Below are positions 1-9,480 of a DNA stretch of 64,000 bases, piece by piece; within the stretch, counting starts at the first letter, position 1, and each line of letters begins with the position of its first letter. The stretch lies in NCBI GenBank assembly GCA_036381595.1, contig DASVCN010000024.1, forward strand, positions 50,324 through 114,323, given 5' to 3'. The stretch comes from Trueperaceae bacterium. GTDB taxonomy: Bacteria > Deinococcota > Deinococci > Deinococcales > Trueperaceae. The notes beneath the pieces are model-generated. The model searched no databases. It saw only the letters and a list, made by a program, of their open reading frames with translations, and had not been told where the DNA came from. The position numbers and the translations under genes are program-made.

Positions 1-67
1 ATGAGTCCAGTCTAGCGCACGGTTCCGTCGCGCATCGGGCGCTGGCGCCGCTTCCTCGGGCGCCCCG

Positions 68-1882
68 CTACTGCTGTCTCCTGGATCGGCTCAGCCATCC
101 GGCCTCGGCCGAGGCTTCCTCCTCCAGGAGCCGCCGGCGGGCCACGAGCAGGCCGCTTCGGCCCAGGTAGCCGACCAGCTTGCGGGGGTTGCCCCGCTCC
201 ACCACCGGCAGGCGGCCGACGTCGTAGTGCAGCATCTTCACGCTCGCCTCGTGCAGGCTCTCGTCAGGGTAGGCGACGATGAGGTCTTCGTTCCCGGCAT
301 CGAGTACGGTCTCGTGCGGCTCGGGTCGTTCCGCCGAACGGAGCAGGTCGCTGCGGGTGATCATCCCTACGAGGTCGCCCCGCTCGTCAAGGATGGGCAG
401 ACCGTGGTGGCGTATGAGCACCGGATCGTTCTCGCGGAGGCGCCTCACGAACTCCTCCATCGGCATGTCGGCCGGGATGGTCGCGGGATCGGGGTCCATC
501 ACCTGGGCGACGGTGAGGCGCTGGAGCACGTCGGCCTCGTAGTCGCCCTGCACCTTGAGGCCGCGGCGCTTGAGCTTCTCGGTCATGATCGTGGTGCCCA
601 AGAAACGCACGGCTATCAGGTCGGCGATGACGCCAACCACCATCAGCGGCAGGATCGCGTTGTAGTCACGGGTGATCTCGAACGCGAAGAGGATGAAGGT
701 GAAGGCGGCCCGAGAGGCGGCGCCGAAGACGGCGCCCATGGCTGCGAGCGCGAAGGCGCCAGGCGAGAGGTCGGCGGTCGGTACGAGGGCGTTGCCGAGG
801 TGGGCGAAAAGGGCGCCCATCGCGGCGCTGGCCATGAACATGGGCGCCAGCAGGCCGCCGGAGGTACCGGAACCGAGCGACACCAGGAGCGCCAGCGACT
901 TGAGGACCATTATCCCGAGCAGGCCAGCAAGCACCAGTTGATCGTTGAGGATCGCGGTGATGGTCTCGTACCCCACGCCCAGTACCCGCGGGTCGAGCAG
1001 GCCGATGAGACCGAGCCCGAGGCCGCCGATGGCCGGCAGCAGGATGCGGTTGACGGGCAGCCTTTCGAAGGCGTCCTCTACCAGGTAGAGGAGTCTGGTG
1101 AAAGCGATGGCGGCGCCGCCGCAGAGGAGGCCCAGCAACAGGTACCAGGGCAGGGCGCCGGGCACCCCGAACTCGGTTGGCGCCATGACGAACAACGGTC
1201 CCCGGCCCAGCAGCACGAAGTGAACGCTGGTGGCCAACGTCGAGGCGATGACCAGGGGGATGAACGAGCGCGACTTGAACTCGAAGAGCAGCAGTTCGAT
1301 CGCCAGGATCACTCCTGCGATCGGGGTGCTGAAGGTAGCAGCCATGCCGGCCGCGGCGCCGCAGGCGAGCAGCACCTTGCGTTCGACCGGCGTGGTCCTG
1401 ATGACCTGACCGATGAGAGAACCGAGGGCGCCGCCGGTCTGGATGATCGGCCCCTCGGCCCCGAACGGTCCACCGGTGCCGATCGCGATCGCTGTAGCGA
1501 CAGGCTTGTAGACGGCGACCTTCGGATCTATACGGCTACGGTTGGTGAGGACGGCCTCCATCGCCTCCGGGATGCCGTGGCCGGCGATCTTCGGGGTGCC
1601 GTAGCGGGCCATGAGGCCTATGGCCAGACCACCGAGCGCCGGGATGAGGATCACCCAGGCGCCCACCTCCTCGAGGGTTATCGGGCTCAGAACGAACGAG
1701 AACTCCTGGAAGAAGACCAGGTTGGTTATCAACGCGATCAGCTGCAGGAGCAGGTAGGCGACGAAACCGGCGGCGATGCCCACGACGGCGGCTAGGATGG
1801 AGATGTAGATGAGTCGGAAGTTGGCGCTGTCCCCCGACTGGGAGATCGGTGTGTGGGTGTGGTTGCCGGTCGGGTAGAGCAT
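68..1882 (-). CDS. ClC-family chloride channel/antiporter with C-terminal CBS-domain pair
   Basis: Track ORF 68..1948. ClC motifs GHGIPE and GPFGAEGP, many hydrophobic helices, and C-terminal CBS-like repeats (GLPILDERGDLVGMITRSDLL; VGRLPVVERG). Start trimmed to ATG 1882 (MLYPTG...) because GGAGG lies 6 nt upstream on the minus strand. Confidence 0.85.
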   Translation of the reverse strand: MLYPTGNHTHTPISQSGDSANFRLIYISILAAVVGIAAGFVAYLLLQLIALITNLVFFQEFSFVLSPITLEEVGAWVILIPALGGLAIGLMARYGTPKIAGHGIPEAMEAVLTNRSRIDPKVAVYKPVATAIAIGTGGPFGAEGPIIQTGGALGSLIGQVIRTTPVERKVLLACGAAAGMAATFSTPIAGVILAIELLLFEFKSRSFIPLVIASTLATSVHFVLLGRGPLFVMAPTEFGVPGALPWYLLLGLLCGGAAIAFTRLLYLVEDAFERLPVNRILLPAIGGLGLGLIGLLDPRVLGVGYETITAILNDQLVLAGLLGIMVLKSLALLVSLGSGTSGGLLAPMFMASAAMGALFAHLGNALVPTADLSPGAFALAAMGAVFGAASRAAFTFILFAFEITRDYNAILPLMVVGVIADLIAVRFLGTTIMTEKLKRRGLKVQGDYEADVLQRLTVAQVMDPDPATIPADMPMEEFVRRLRENDPVLIRHHGLPILDERGDLVGMITRSDLLRSAERPEPHETVLDAGNEDLIVAYPDESLHEASVKMLHYDVGRLPVVERGNPRKLVGYLGRSGLLVARRRLLEEEASAEAGWLSRSRRQQ

Positions 1883-1904
1883 CGGTGCCTCCACGGAAAC
1901 GCAT

Positions 1905-1930
1905 GACGGCCCTGCCCGAGTAGGGCCGTC
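1905..1930 (-). other. 9-bp GC hairpin between the esterase stop and the ClC RBS
   Basis: GACGGCCCT-8 nt-AGGGCCGTC, followed on the minus strand by ATGCGTTTCC. It could be the esterase terminator or a 5'-UTR structure of the ClC gene. Confidence 0.4.
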
Positions 1931-2044
1931 GCGACGAACGATTTTCACGGGTCAGCGTCGGGCGTTCCGGATAGTCGGTCACACCCTACGCCGCGGTCCG
2001 CGACAGTATAGCCGAGCCGGAGGCCGACCGATCCCCGGACGGCG

Positions 2045-3019
2045 CTACGGCCGCAGGAGGAACTCCAGCGCGTTGCCGAGGCCGTTGCGCCAGTTCGTCC
2101 AGTTGTGGCCGGCATGCCTCTCGCGATACTCGTGATCGGCTGCCTTTCCGGCGAGCTCCCGGTGCACCTCGCGATTCACGTCGGTAAGCCACTCGATCGT
2201 GCCCACCTCGCTGTACCAGCGCAGTGGCAACGACTTCCGGCCTTTCAACTGCCCGAGCACCCACGACTCATCCGAACCGTAGAAATCGCGATCCCCGGGA
2301 GTGCCCAGGAAGGCGCCCGAGAAGGTAGCCAGCCCGGAGAACCGTTCGGGGTGGAGCAGGGCCATCGTGGCGCTGACGAGGCCCCCGAGCGAGGCTCCCA
2401 TCAGCAGCGGCTCGCCTCGCATCGGGTACCTCGCCTCGAGGAAGGGGAGGAGTTCCTCCAGAGTGAAGGCTCTATACTCCTCGTTGAACCCGTACTCCGC
2501 GCTCCGGTCTGCCGGCTCCACGAAGGCGAGTCGGCCCGGCCGCGCCTTCCCTTGGGCCAGGAGCGCCTCGAGCACCCTCGGCAGACCAGCCAAACGCAGG
2601 AAAGCAGTGCCGTCGTGGACGATCACGAGGGGCATGCCGGCATCCTCGTGGCCGTGCGGGGTGTAGACGGTCATGCGCCGCACGCCGCCGAGGCGAACGC
2701 TTTCGAGCCGGTGCCGGTCCAACCGGCCCGAAGCGATCTCTTCCGGCAGGTCCGCATATTCGCTGGACCGGTACTCAGGACCTACGATGGCGCTGACCTC
2801 CGGGTACCAGGGGTTCGCGGCCCGCAGGTCGTTGCCGGGGTCGGCCCGCATCCGTCCTTCACCGTCGATGAAGGCGTACTCGAAGTAGACGTCATCGGGT
2901 AGCCGGATACGGAAGCTCTTCACCCTGCTGGAGTCGACCGGGTGCGGGGAGCGATCCATGTCCGTGTTGTCCGAAACGACGTGGGTCGCCCAGTTGGGGA
3001 TGTTTATCTCGGCCTGCAC
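2045..3019 (-). CDS. putative esterase (esterase D / enterochelin-esterase-like alpha/beta hydrolase)
   Basis: 324 aa. Nucleophile elbow GASLGG, VIVHDG strand, C-terminal HAGHNW, and an N-terminal beta-rich module as in Fes-type esterases. GTG start. Confidence 0.6.
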   Translation of the reverse strand: MQAEINIPNWATHVVSDNTDMDRSPHPVDSSRVKSFRIRLPDDVYFEYAFIDGEGRMRADPGNDLRAANPWYPEVSAIVGPEYRSSEYADLPEEIASGRLDRHRLESVRLGGVRRMTVYTPHGHEDAGMPLVIVHDGTAFLRLAGLPRVLEALLAQGKARPGRLAFVEPADRSAEYGFNEEYRAFTLEELLPFLEARYPMRGEPLLMGASLGGLVSATMALLHPERFSGLATFSGAFLGTPGDRDFYGSDESWVLGQLKGRKSLPLRWYSEVGTIEWLTDVNREVHRELAGKAADHEYRERHAGHNWTNWRNGLGNALEFLLRP

Positions 3020-3080
3020 GGGCAGAGTTTACCTTCGCTCCTCCCGTCGCCGGGCAGTGGGAGGCGCCTTAGACCCCTGG

Positions 3081-3086
3081 TAGACT
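3081..3086 (+). promoter_or_regulatory. -10 box TAGACT, 5 nt before ATG 3092 (leaderless geometry)
   Basis: Read directly: ggTAGACTccggcATG. Confidence 0.45.
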
Positions 3087-3091
3087 CCGGC

Positions 3092-4267
3092 ATGGTTCAT
3101 CCCTTCGATGCCCTCAGCGAGGAGATGCTTCGCTCACGCCCCTCGGTGAAGTGGCGTCACTACCCGGAAGACGTGCTCCCCTGCTGGGTAGCGGACATGG
3201 ACTTCCAACCGGCGGAGCCGATCCGTCGCGCCATCGCGGAATACGCTCGCGCGGGGGACCTCGGCTACCCGCCCAAGGCGGGCCTCGCGGGACTCTTCGA
3301 CGCCGTCCGCGGCAGGCTCTCGAACCGGTTCGGAATCGAGGTGGGGCCGGACGACCTGATGATGATGCCTGGCATAATCCCGGGGCTCTACCTCGCGGTT
3401 CGCACTCTCGCCGGCCGCGGCGAGGGGGTCGTCATCCAGCCGCCGGTCTACCCGCCCTTCATGGCGGCGGTCACGAACAGCGGACGGAAGGCCGTCTACA
3501 ACCCTATGCGGTTGGGCGGCAACGGCTGGGAGTTCGACTTCGACGGCCTCGAACGTTCGATCACGCCCTCCACCAGGCTGCTCATGCTGTGCAACCCCCA
3601 GAACCCGACCGGCCGGGTGTTCAGCCGAGCCGAGCTGGAGCGCCTCGGCGACATCGTGCTGCGCAACCGGCTCTGGGTGGTTACCGATGAACTGCACGCC
3701 GACCTCACCCTCGATGGGCGGTTCACACCGTTCGCGTCGCTGGGCGAGCAGGTCGCCCGGAGGACGTTGACCCTCTACGGTCCCACCAAGGCGTTCAACA
3801 TCGCCGGCCTGAAGATCGGCTTCGCCTTCAGCACCAACCAGGAGCTGATGGAGACGGTAAGGATGGCGGCTACCGGCCTGGTGGTACCGGGGAACGCAGT
3901 CGCCCAGGCTGCGACAATCGCCGCCTACGGCGAGGGGGACGAGTGGCTCGGGCAGACCCTCGACTACCTGCGCAGCAACCGGCAGTTCCTGATCGAGTTC
4001 GTGGAGCGCGAGCTTCCGGGCGTGTCGCTGCACGCTCCGCAAGGAACCTACCTGGGCTGGCTCGACTTCAGGGAAGCGGATCTCGGTGAGCCCGCGGCCC
4101 GGTTCCTGCTGGAGAAGGCGAAGGTAGGGCTCAACTCGGGCAGCGATTTCGGGCCCGGCGATGGCACTCCCGACCTCGAAGGGTTCGCCCGGCTGAACTT
4201 CGCCACCTCGCGAGCGATCCTGACCAGGGTGCTGGAGCGGATCGGAACGGCCCTGACCGCCAGATGA
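3092..4267 (+). CDS. PLP-dependent aminotransferase class I/II, MalY/PatB-type C-S lyase family
   Basis: SVKWRHYPEDVLPCWVADMDF, CNPQNPTGRVF, TDELHADL and PTKAFNIAGLK (PLP-lysine context). Start set to ATG 3092 (MVHPFD...), preceded by TAGACT and a 5 nt spacer. The longer track ORF from 2942 overlaps the divergent esterase. Confidence 0.8.
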   Translation: MVHPFDALSEEMLRSRPSVKWRHYPEDVLPCWVADMDFQPAEPIRRAIAEYARAGDLGYPPKAGLAGLFDAVRGRLSNRFGIEVGPDDLMMMPGIIPGLYLAVRTLAGRGEGVVIQPPVYPPFMAAVTNSGRKAVYNPMRLGGNGWEFDFDGLERSITPSTRLLMLCNPQNPTGRVFSRAELERLGDIVLRNRLWVVTDELHADLTLDGRFTPFASLGEQVARRTLTLYGPTKAFNIAGLKIGFAFSTNQELMETVRMAATGLVVPGNAVAQAATIAAYGEGDEWLGQTLDYLRSNRQFLIEFVERELPGVSLHAPQGTYLGWLDFREADLGEPAARFLLEKAKVGLNSGSDFGPGDGTPDLEGFARLNFATSRAILTRVLERIGTALTAR

Positions 4268-4959
4268 GCTTCGAACCCCTCCCGCCCGCCCTGGCCCAAT
4301 GCCGCTCCTGCGCACGACTGGTCGAGCACCGCGAGCAGGTCGCCCGCGAGAAACGACGCTCCTACCGCGACCAGGAGTATTGGGGGCGACCCGTCCCCGG
4401 CTTCGGCGACCCCTCAGCGCGGATCGTGCTGCTGGGCCTCGCTCCCGGCGCTCACGGCTCGAACCGGACGGGGAGGATGTTCACCGGAGACGCCTCGGGC
4501 GACTTCCTCTACCCGGCCCTCCACCGTGCCGGCTTGGCCAACAGGCCAACAGCCGTCTCGTCCCAGGATGGACTCGCCCTCTCGGACGTCTGGATCACCT
4601 CGGCCGCCCGCTGCGTACCGCCGGGCAACAAGCCGCTGCGGGAGGAGCTCGTCAACTGCCGCCGCTGGCTCGCGCACGACCTCGCGGGACTCCGTAACGC
4701 CCGCCTCGTGGTCGCGCTGGGCAGCATCGGTCACGACAGTTACCTGGAGTACCTCAAGGGGAACGGCGCGCGGTTGGTCAAGCGCGACTACCCGTTCGGC
4801 CACGGCCGCCTGCACCGGCTCGAGGAGGTCGGCGGCCTGCCGCTCCTCGACAGCTTCCACCCGAGCTTCCAGAACACCAACACCGGCCGGCTCACCGCAC
4901 AGATGTTCGACGAGCTACTTGCGCAAGCGCGACGGTTGGTGGAGGCGGAGCCGGGATGA
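4264..4959 (+). CDS. uracil-DNA glycosylase, family 5 (UdgB-like, Fe-S type)
   Basis: GLAPGAHGSNRTGRMFTGDASGDFLY motif, N-terminal Cys pair (CRSCARL) and C-terminal HPS motif. ATGA overlap with the upstream stop. Confidence 0.8.
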   Translation: MSFEPLPPALAQCRSCARLVEHREQVAREKRRSYRDQEYWGRPVPGFGDPSARIVLLGLAPGAHGSNRTGRMFTGDASGDFLYPALHRAGLANRPTAVSSQDGLALSDVWITSAARCVPPGNKPLREELVNCRRWLAHDLAGLRNARLVVALGSIGHDSYLEYLKGNGARLVKRDYPFGHGRLHRLEEVGGLPLLDSFHPSFQNTNTGRLTAQMFDELLAQARRLVEAEPG

Positions 4960-4995
4960 GCCTGACCCGGCGACCGACGTCGCTCGTCCGGTCGG

Positions 4996-6138
4996 ATGCT
5001 TAGGACACTCAATCTGGGCAAAGACCTGGAGAAGGCGGTTTCCTCGGGCCATCCCTGGGTCTACCGCGACTCGCTTCCCCGCCACTCCGCAACGACGGGC
5101 GAGTGGTTGAGGGTGGAAGCCGGCAAGGCGTCGGCCTACGGCCTCTACGACGAGGAGGGCGCCATAGCCGTGCGCATCTTCAGCAGCGAGGGCCTGCCCG
5201 ACAAGCGGTGGTTCGCCGAGCGCGTCGAGGAGGCGCTCGAGCTGCGGTCGGATCTGATCGGATCGGGCACCGACGCCTACCGGCTCGTCTACGGCGAAGG
5301 TGACGGCCTGCCAGGAGTCGTGGTCGACCGCTACGGCCGCTACGCCGTCGCCAAGGCCTACTCGCCAGGGGTCAGGAGCATCCTCTCCCCCATCGTGAAG
5401 GCGCTGGCCTCGGCGATCGACCTGCGCGGTGTGAGCGAGCGGAGCGCGGCCGGCCTGGAACCCCTCTACGGTCAGCTGCCTCCGCCCGAGCTGACGGTCG
5501 AGGAGAACGGTCTTCGCCTACTGGCGAACCTGTACGAGGGGCAGAAAACGGGACTCTTCCTCGACCAGCGCGACAACAGGGCTACTGTCCGAGGTTTCGC
5601 GGGAGGACGAAGCGTCCTGAACCTCTTCTCCTACAACGGTGGCTTCAGCGTCTCGGCCCTCGCCGGAGGCGCCACCTCCGTCGTCTCGGTCGACATGTCC
5701 GAACCGGCGCTCGAGGACGCCAGACGGACGGTGCGACTGAACGGCTTCGACCAAGCCCGCCACGAGACGGTCACGGCCGACGTCTTCGAGTACCTGGCGA
5801 GCGGCTCGACCGACCGGTACGGGTTGGTTGTGTGCGACCCTCCTTCTCTGGCGCACGCGAAGCGAAGCCGGCATGCCGCCTTGCGCGCCTACCGCAAGCT
5901 GAATCGGGGTGCGTTCTCCAGGGTCGAGCCGGGAGGACTCCTGGCGACCTCGTCGTGCACCGCTCAGGTTTCCCCCGAGGAGTTCCGACGGGTAGTCGCC
6001 GAGGCTGCTGCCGAAGCGGGTCTGAGGGCTCAGATCGTCCACGAGGCGGGACAACCTCTCGACCATCCGGTGCCAGCACACTTCCCCGAGGGTCGCTACC
6101 TCAAGTTCCTGGTGTTGCGCGTGCTCGAACCTGCCTGA
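4996..6138 (+). CDS. class I SAM-dependent 23S rRNA (cytosine-C5) methyltransferase, RlmI-like
   Basis: N-terminal PUA-like region (GHPWVYRDSL), GQKTGLFLDQRDNR and VVCDPPSLA methyltransferase motifs. Confidence 0.75.
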   Translation: MLRTLNLGKDLEKAVSSGHPWVYRDSLPRHSATTGEWLRVEAGKASAYGLYDEEGAIAVRIFSSEGLPDKRWFAERVEEALELRSDLIGSGTDAYRLVYGEGDGLPGVVVDRYGRYAVAKAYSPGVRSILSPIVKALASAIDLRGVSERSAAGLEPLYGQLPPPELTVEENGLRLLANLYEGQKTGLFLDQRDNRATVRGFAGGRSVLNLFSYNGGFSVSALAGGATSVVSVDMSEPALEDARRTVRLNGFDQARHETVTADVFEYLASGSTDRYGLVVCDPPSLAHAKRSRHAALRAYRKLNRGAFSRVEPGGLLATSSCTAQVSPEEFRRVVAEAAAEAGLRAQIVHEAGQPLDHPVPAHFPEGRYLKFLVLRVLEPA

Positions 6139-6186
6139 GCCCGGCTACTTCCGGGCGGGCCTCCCGCGATCGGCGCGTCCGCCGGT

Positions 6187-7029
6187 TCAATCCTCGAGCA
6201 GCCGCGCTTCCAACCAGTCCCCGATCCGCTCGCGGATGCGCTCCTGCTCCAGGTCGTTGAGGAGTTCGTGCATGCCGCCGGCGACGAGTTCGAAGGTCAC
6301 GTCGGTGGAGCCTGCCCGCCTCGCCAGTTCACCGCTCGCCGCAGGGTCCGCGATCCGGTCCTCGCTGCCGTGGAGCAGCAGCAACGGCACCTCCAGCCGG
6401 GCAGCATGTTCGATGGCGGCGGAGCCCCGGAAGAGCTCGAGCACGGTGCCTGCCGACGCCTTGCCGTGGAAGACCAGCGGATCGTTGCGGTAAGCCTCGA
6501 TCTCGGTGGGCAGCCGCGATAGCTTGCTGGCATCTACCCTGTCAACTCCCAGGCGGGGGAAGTACCGCGCGAGCGCACGGACGATCCTCAACCGACCCGG
6601 CGAAACGGGTTCGCCGTGACGGAGGTAGGGCGCGCTCAACACGAGTGCGTCTGTCAGCCGTGGTCGACGCTCCAGCAACAGGGCCGACACCGCTCCCCCA
6701 ACGCTGTGTCCCACCAGCCCACAACGCAACTCCGGCAGCTCCTTCCGAACGCTCTCGACGTACGAGCCCAGATCATCGACCAGCAGGCCCAGATCGCCGA
6801 CTTCCCCTTTCCTTCCACCGCTCTTGCCGTGGCCGGCGAAATCGAGCGCTCGTACCGCCATCCCGCGGCCGCTCAGCTCGATGGCCAGCTCATCGTAGCG
6901 ACCCGCGTGCTCGCCGTAGCCGTGAGCTACGACGACGAGCGCTCGAGGCGCGCCTTCCGGGTTCCAGCTGAGGGTATGGAGGGTGGTGCCGCCCGTCCCC
7001 TTGAACGAGCCGCTCCTGCGCCGGTTCAC
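6187..7029 (-). CDS. alpha/beta hydrolase (lysophospholipase / monoacylglycerol-lipase-like)
   Basis: HGYGEHAGRY, GHSVGG nucleophile elbow and a C-terminal H in GGMHELLND. The GTG start overlaps the purS stop (GTGA). Confidence 0.7.
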   Translation of the reverse strand: MNRRRSGSFKGTGGTTLHTLSWNPEGAPRALVVVAHGYGEHAGRYDELAIELSGRGMAVRALDFAGHGKSGGRKGEVGDLGLLVDDLGSYVESVRKELPELRCGLVGHSVGGAVSALLLERRPRLTDALVLSAPYLRHGEPVSPGRLRIVRALARYFPRLGVDRVDASKLSRLPTEIEAYRNDPLVFHGKASAGTVLELFRGSAAIEHAARLEVPLLLLHGSEDRIADPAASGELARRAGSTDVTFELVAGGMHELLNDLEQERIRERIGDWLEARLLED

Positions 7030-7286
7030 TGGCTGTCGAGCTCGATCAGTTCGAAGGTTACGTCCTCGAGCACCGGATTGGCCAGCGTCTTGCGCGCCAC
7101 CTCGTCGAGCTGCTTCTCGAGTGCCTCACGTTCGCCGCTCAGCTTCATCTCGATGCGCTTCCCCACTCGCAGGTCGCTGATGTTGTCGTGGCCCAGCCGC
7201 TTGAGGGTCGTCTCGACGGTACGTCCTTGGGGGTCGAGGATCGACCGCTTGAGCATCACTTCGACGACGGCACGGTACTCAGGCAT
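7026..7286 (-). CDS. purS: phosphoribosylformylglycinamidine synthase subunit PurS
   Basis: [33 protein letters not shown]... is typical PurS. Start trimmed to ATG 7286, with an 8-nt overlap with the purC stop. Confidence 0.85.
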   Translation of the reverse strand: MPEYRAVVEVMLKRSILDPQGRTVETTLKRLGHDNISDLRVGKRIEMKLSGEREALEKQLDEVARKTLANPVLEDVTFELIELDSQ

Positions 7287-8025
7287 CGATCTCCTCGTGC
7301 GCCCCGCCCCCTTCGACCCGGCGCAGCACTTCCTCGTAGGCTTCTTCGACACGCCCGAGGTCACGTCGGAAGCGGTCCTTGTCCAACTTCTCGCCCGTCC
7401 GAGCGTCCCAGAGACGACAGGTGTCGGGGCTTATCTCGTCGGCCAACACCAGCTCTCCGTCGGGTGTGCGGCCGAACTCCATCTTGAAATCGACCAGGTC
7501 GAGGTCCCGGTCCATCAAGAAGTGGCCGAGCGCCTCGTTCACTTCGATCGCCAGTTCGAACATGCGCGTAAGGTCGTCCTCACTGGCGAAACCTAGGGCG
7601 ACGGCGGTTGCGTCGTTCATCGGTGGGTCGCCCAGTTCGTCCGATTTGTAGCACCACTCGATAACCGTCGGATCGAGTTCTAGCCCCTCGTCGACCCCGT
7701 AGCGCTTCGCGAACGAGCCGGCGGTGCGGTTCCTGACGATCACTTCGACCGGGACTATCTCGACCGCCCGCACCAGCTGCTCCCGTTCGCTCAGCTTGCC
7801 GACGAGGTGAGTCGGCACGCCGTGCTGGGCCAACATCGCGAACAAGCGGCACGAGATGGCGTTGTTGATGATCCCTTTGCGTGCGATCGTGCCACGTTTC
7901 TGAGCATTGAAGGCGGTGGCGTCATCCTTGTACTCGACGATGAAGAGTTCCGGGTCGGCCGTCTCCCAGACCTTCTTCGCCTTGCCCTCGTACTTGAGGC
8001 GCGTCCGATCGGGTGGCTTCTCCAC
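7279..8025 (-). CDS. purC: phosphoribosylaminoimidazole-succinocarboxamide synthase (SAICAR synthetase)
   Basis: [13 protein letters not shown]..., [13 protein letters not shown] and [12 protein letters not shown]. The N-terminal 155 aa of the track ORF are Arg/Pro-rich junk. Start set to in-frame GTG 8025 ([15 protein letters not shown]). Confidence 0.85.
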   Translation of the reverse strand: MEKPPDRTRLKYEGKAKKVWETADPELFIVEYKDDATAFNAQKRGTIARKGIINNAISCRLFAMLAQHGVPTHLVGKLSEREQLVRAVEIVPVEVIVRNRTAGSFAKRYGVDEGLELDPTVIEWCYKSDELGDPPMNDATAVALGFASEDDLTRMFELAIEVNEALGHFLMDRDLDLVDFKMEFGRTPDGELVLADEISPDTCRLWDARTGEKLDKDRFRRDLGRVEEAYEEVLRRVEGGGAHEEIDA

Positions 8026-8096
8026 GAGCGGACTATAGCAAGGCGGGCAGAGGACCTGTCGCGGGCCTCCGGGCGGCGCCGGTCCCGGCTTCTCGG

Positions 8097-9401
8097 CTAG
8101 AGGCCGAACCGACCGTAGATATCGTCTACGTGCCGTAGATACCAGGCCGGATCGAAGGCGGCGGCGAGCTCCTGGGCGCTGAGCGGGTTGTCGGGGTCTC
8201 GGGCCAACAGCTCGCGGAGGTGGGTCCCCTCCTCCCAGCTGCGCAGGCTGTTCCTCTGGACGATCTCGTACGCCTGCTCGCGCATCATCCCGTGTTCCAC
8301 CAGCATGTGAAGCACCCGTTGGGAGTAGACGAGTCCGTTGAGCGCCTCGAGGTTGCGCCGCATCGCCTCGGGGTAGACGACCAGGTCCGTCACGACCCGA
8401 GTCGTCCGGCGAGCAGCGTAGCTGGCCAGGGTGGTCGAATCCGGAAGGATCACCCGTTCTACCGAGGAGTGGGAGATGTCCCGCTCGTGCCACAGGACGA
8501 CGTTCTCGAGGGCCGCCTGCAGGTTGGAGCGCAGAAGTCGGGCGATCCCGCTGATGTTCTCCGTTGCGATCGGGTTCTTCTTGTGCGGCATGCTCGACGA
8601 GCCGGTCTGGCCCCGCGCGAACCCCTCCTGAGCCTCACGCACTTCGGTTCGCTGCAGGTGGCGGATCTCCACGGCGATGCGTTCCAGCGTGGTGCCCAGG
8701 ATGGCGAGTGATGACATCAGCTGCGCGTGCCGGTCCCGGGCCACGGTCTGGTTGGTGATGGCGTCGGATTGTAGGCCGAGGCCCTTCGACACATGCGCTT
8801 CGATGCTGGGGGGTACGTGCGCGTAGGTGCCCACCGACCCCGATACCATCGCCACCGAGACCCCGTCGCGTGCCGCTTCCAGCCGTAGCAGGTCGCGACC
8901 GAGGGCGGCGTAGAAGTTGAGGAATTTGAGACCGAACGTCATCGGTTCGGCGTGGATGCCGTGGGTCCGGCCGATGACGGGGGTGTGCCTGTGTTCGACG
9001 GCTCGCTCGCGCACGACCTCGCGGAGTGCTTCGACATCGGCGATTACCAGGCTCATGGCATCGCGCAGCAGCAAGTTCTGGGCGGTGTCCACGACGTCGG
9101 TAGAGGTGAGGCCCAGGTGGATGAAGCGCGCCTCTTCCCCAGCCCTCTCGGTGAGTGCGCGGGTGAAGGCGACGATGTCGTGCCGGGTAGTCTTCTCGAT
9201 CTCGGCGACGCGCCTGGCGAACTCCTCGTCCAGGGGGTGGTCCTCCAGCCTCTGCCTGATCCGCTCGGCGGTTCCGGCGGGCACCTCCCCCAACTCCTCC
9301 CACGCCTCGGTGGCCGCCAGTTCGACCGCCAACCAGGTTCGGTAACGATTCGCCTCGCTCCAGAGGCTGGTCATCTCGGGGGTGGCGTAGCGTTCGATCA
9401 C
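8097..9401 (-). CDS. purB: adenylosuccinate lyase
   Basis: [10 protein letters not shown]..., the fumarate-lyase signature [11 protein letters not shown], 434 aa. GTG start. Confidence 0.92.
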   Translation of the reverse strand: MIERYATPEMTSLWSEANRYRTWLAVELAATEAWEELGEVPAGTAERIRQRLEDHPLDEEFARRVAEIEKTTRHDIVAFTRALTERAGEEARFIHLGLTSTDVVDTAQNLLLRDAMSLVIADVEALREVVRERAVEHRHTPVIGRTHGIHAEPMTFGLKFLNFYAALGRDLLRLEAARDGVSVAMVSGSVGTYAHVPPSIEAHVSKGLGLQSDAITNQTVARDRHAQLMSSLAILGTTLERIAVEIRHLQRTEVREAQEGFARGQTGSSSMPHKKNPIATENISGIARLLRSNLQAALENVVLWHERDISHSSVERVILPDSTTLASYAARRTTRVVTDLVVYPEAMRRNLEALNGLVYSQRVLHMLVEHGMMREQAYEIVQRNSLRSWEEGTHLRELLARDPDNPLSAQELAAAFDPAWYLRHVDDIYGRFGL

Positions 9402-9407
9402 GCGTGG

Positions 9408-9413
9408 ACGCTA
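9408..9413 (-). promoter_or_regulatory. -10 box TAGCGT, 6 nt before purB GTG 9401 (leaderless geometry)
   Basis: Minus strand reads TAGCGTccacgcGTG. Confidence 0.4.
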
Positions 9414-9429
9414 TCACGGCTCGCGGCAC

Positions 9430-9435
9430 TAGAAT
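9430..9435 (+). promoter_or_regulatory. -10 box TAGAAT upstream of gene 9481 (45-nt leader with SD)
   Basis: cacTAGAATcgagg...GGGAGAcgaccATG. Confidence 0.4.
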
Positions 9436-9480
9436 CGAGGAACGACAGCCGATCGCGCATCCGTTCACCGGGAGACGACC

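Noticed and set aside
1883-2044. Possible fluoride (crcB-type) riboswitch upstream of the ClC gene.
   Set aside because: I read the minus-strand leader and found no conserved fluoride-riboswitch elements (no GGCGATG...CTGATGA-like core). The channel has CBS domains typical of ordinary ClC proteins. Only a simple 9-bp hairpin is present.
7279-8493. N-terminal extensions of several track ORFs: purC 404 aa, mce from 28293, tgt from 32466, ffh from 58397, rpsP from 60051, ABC ATPase from 15875, recX from 34254.
   Set aside because: The extensions are low-complexity Arg/Pro/Gly-rich, overlap neighbouring genes or promoters, and lack homology-like motifs. Internal starts with SD or -10 geometry give proteins of canonical length.
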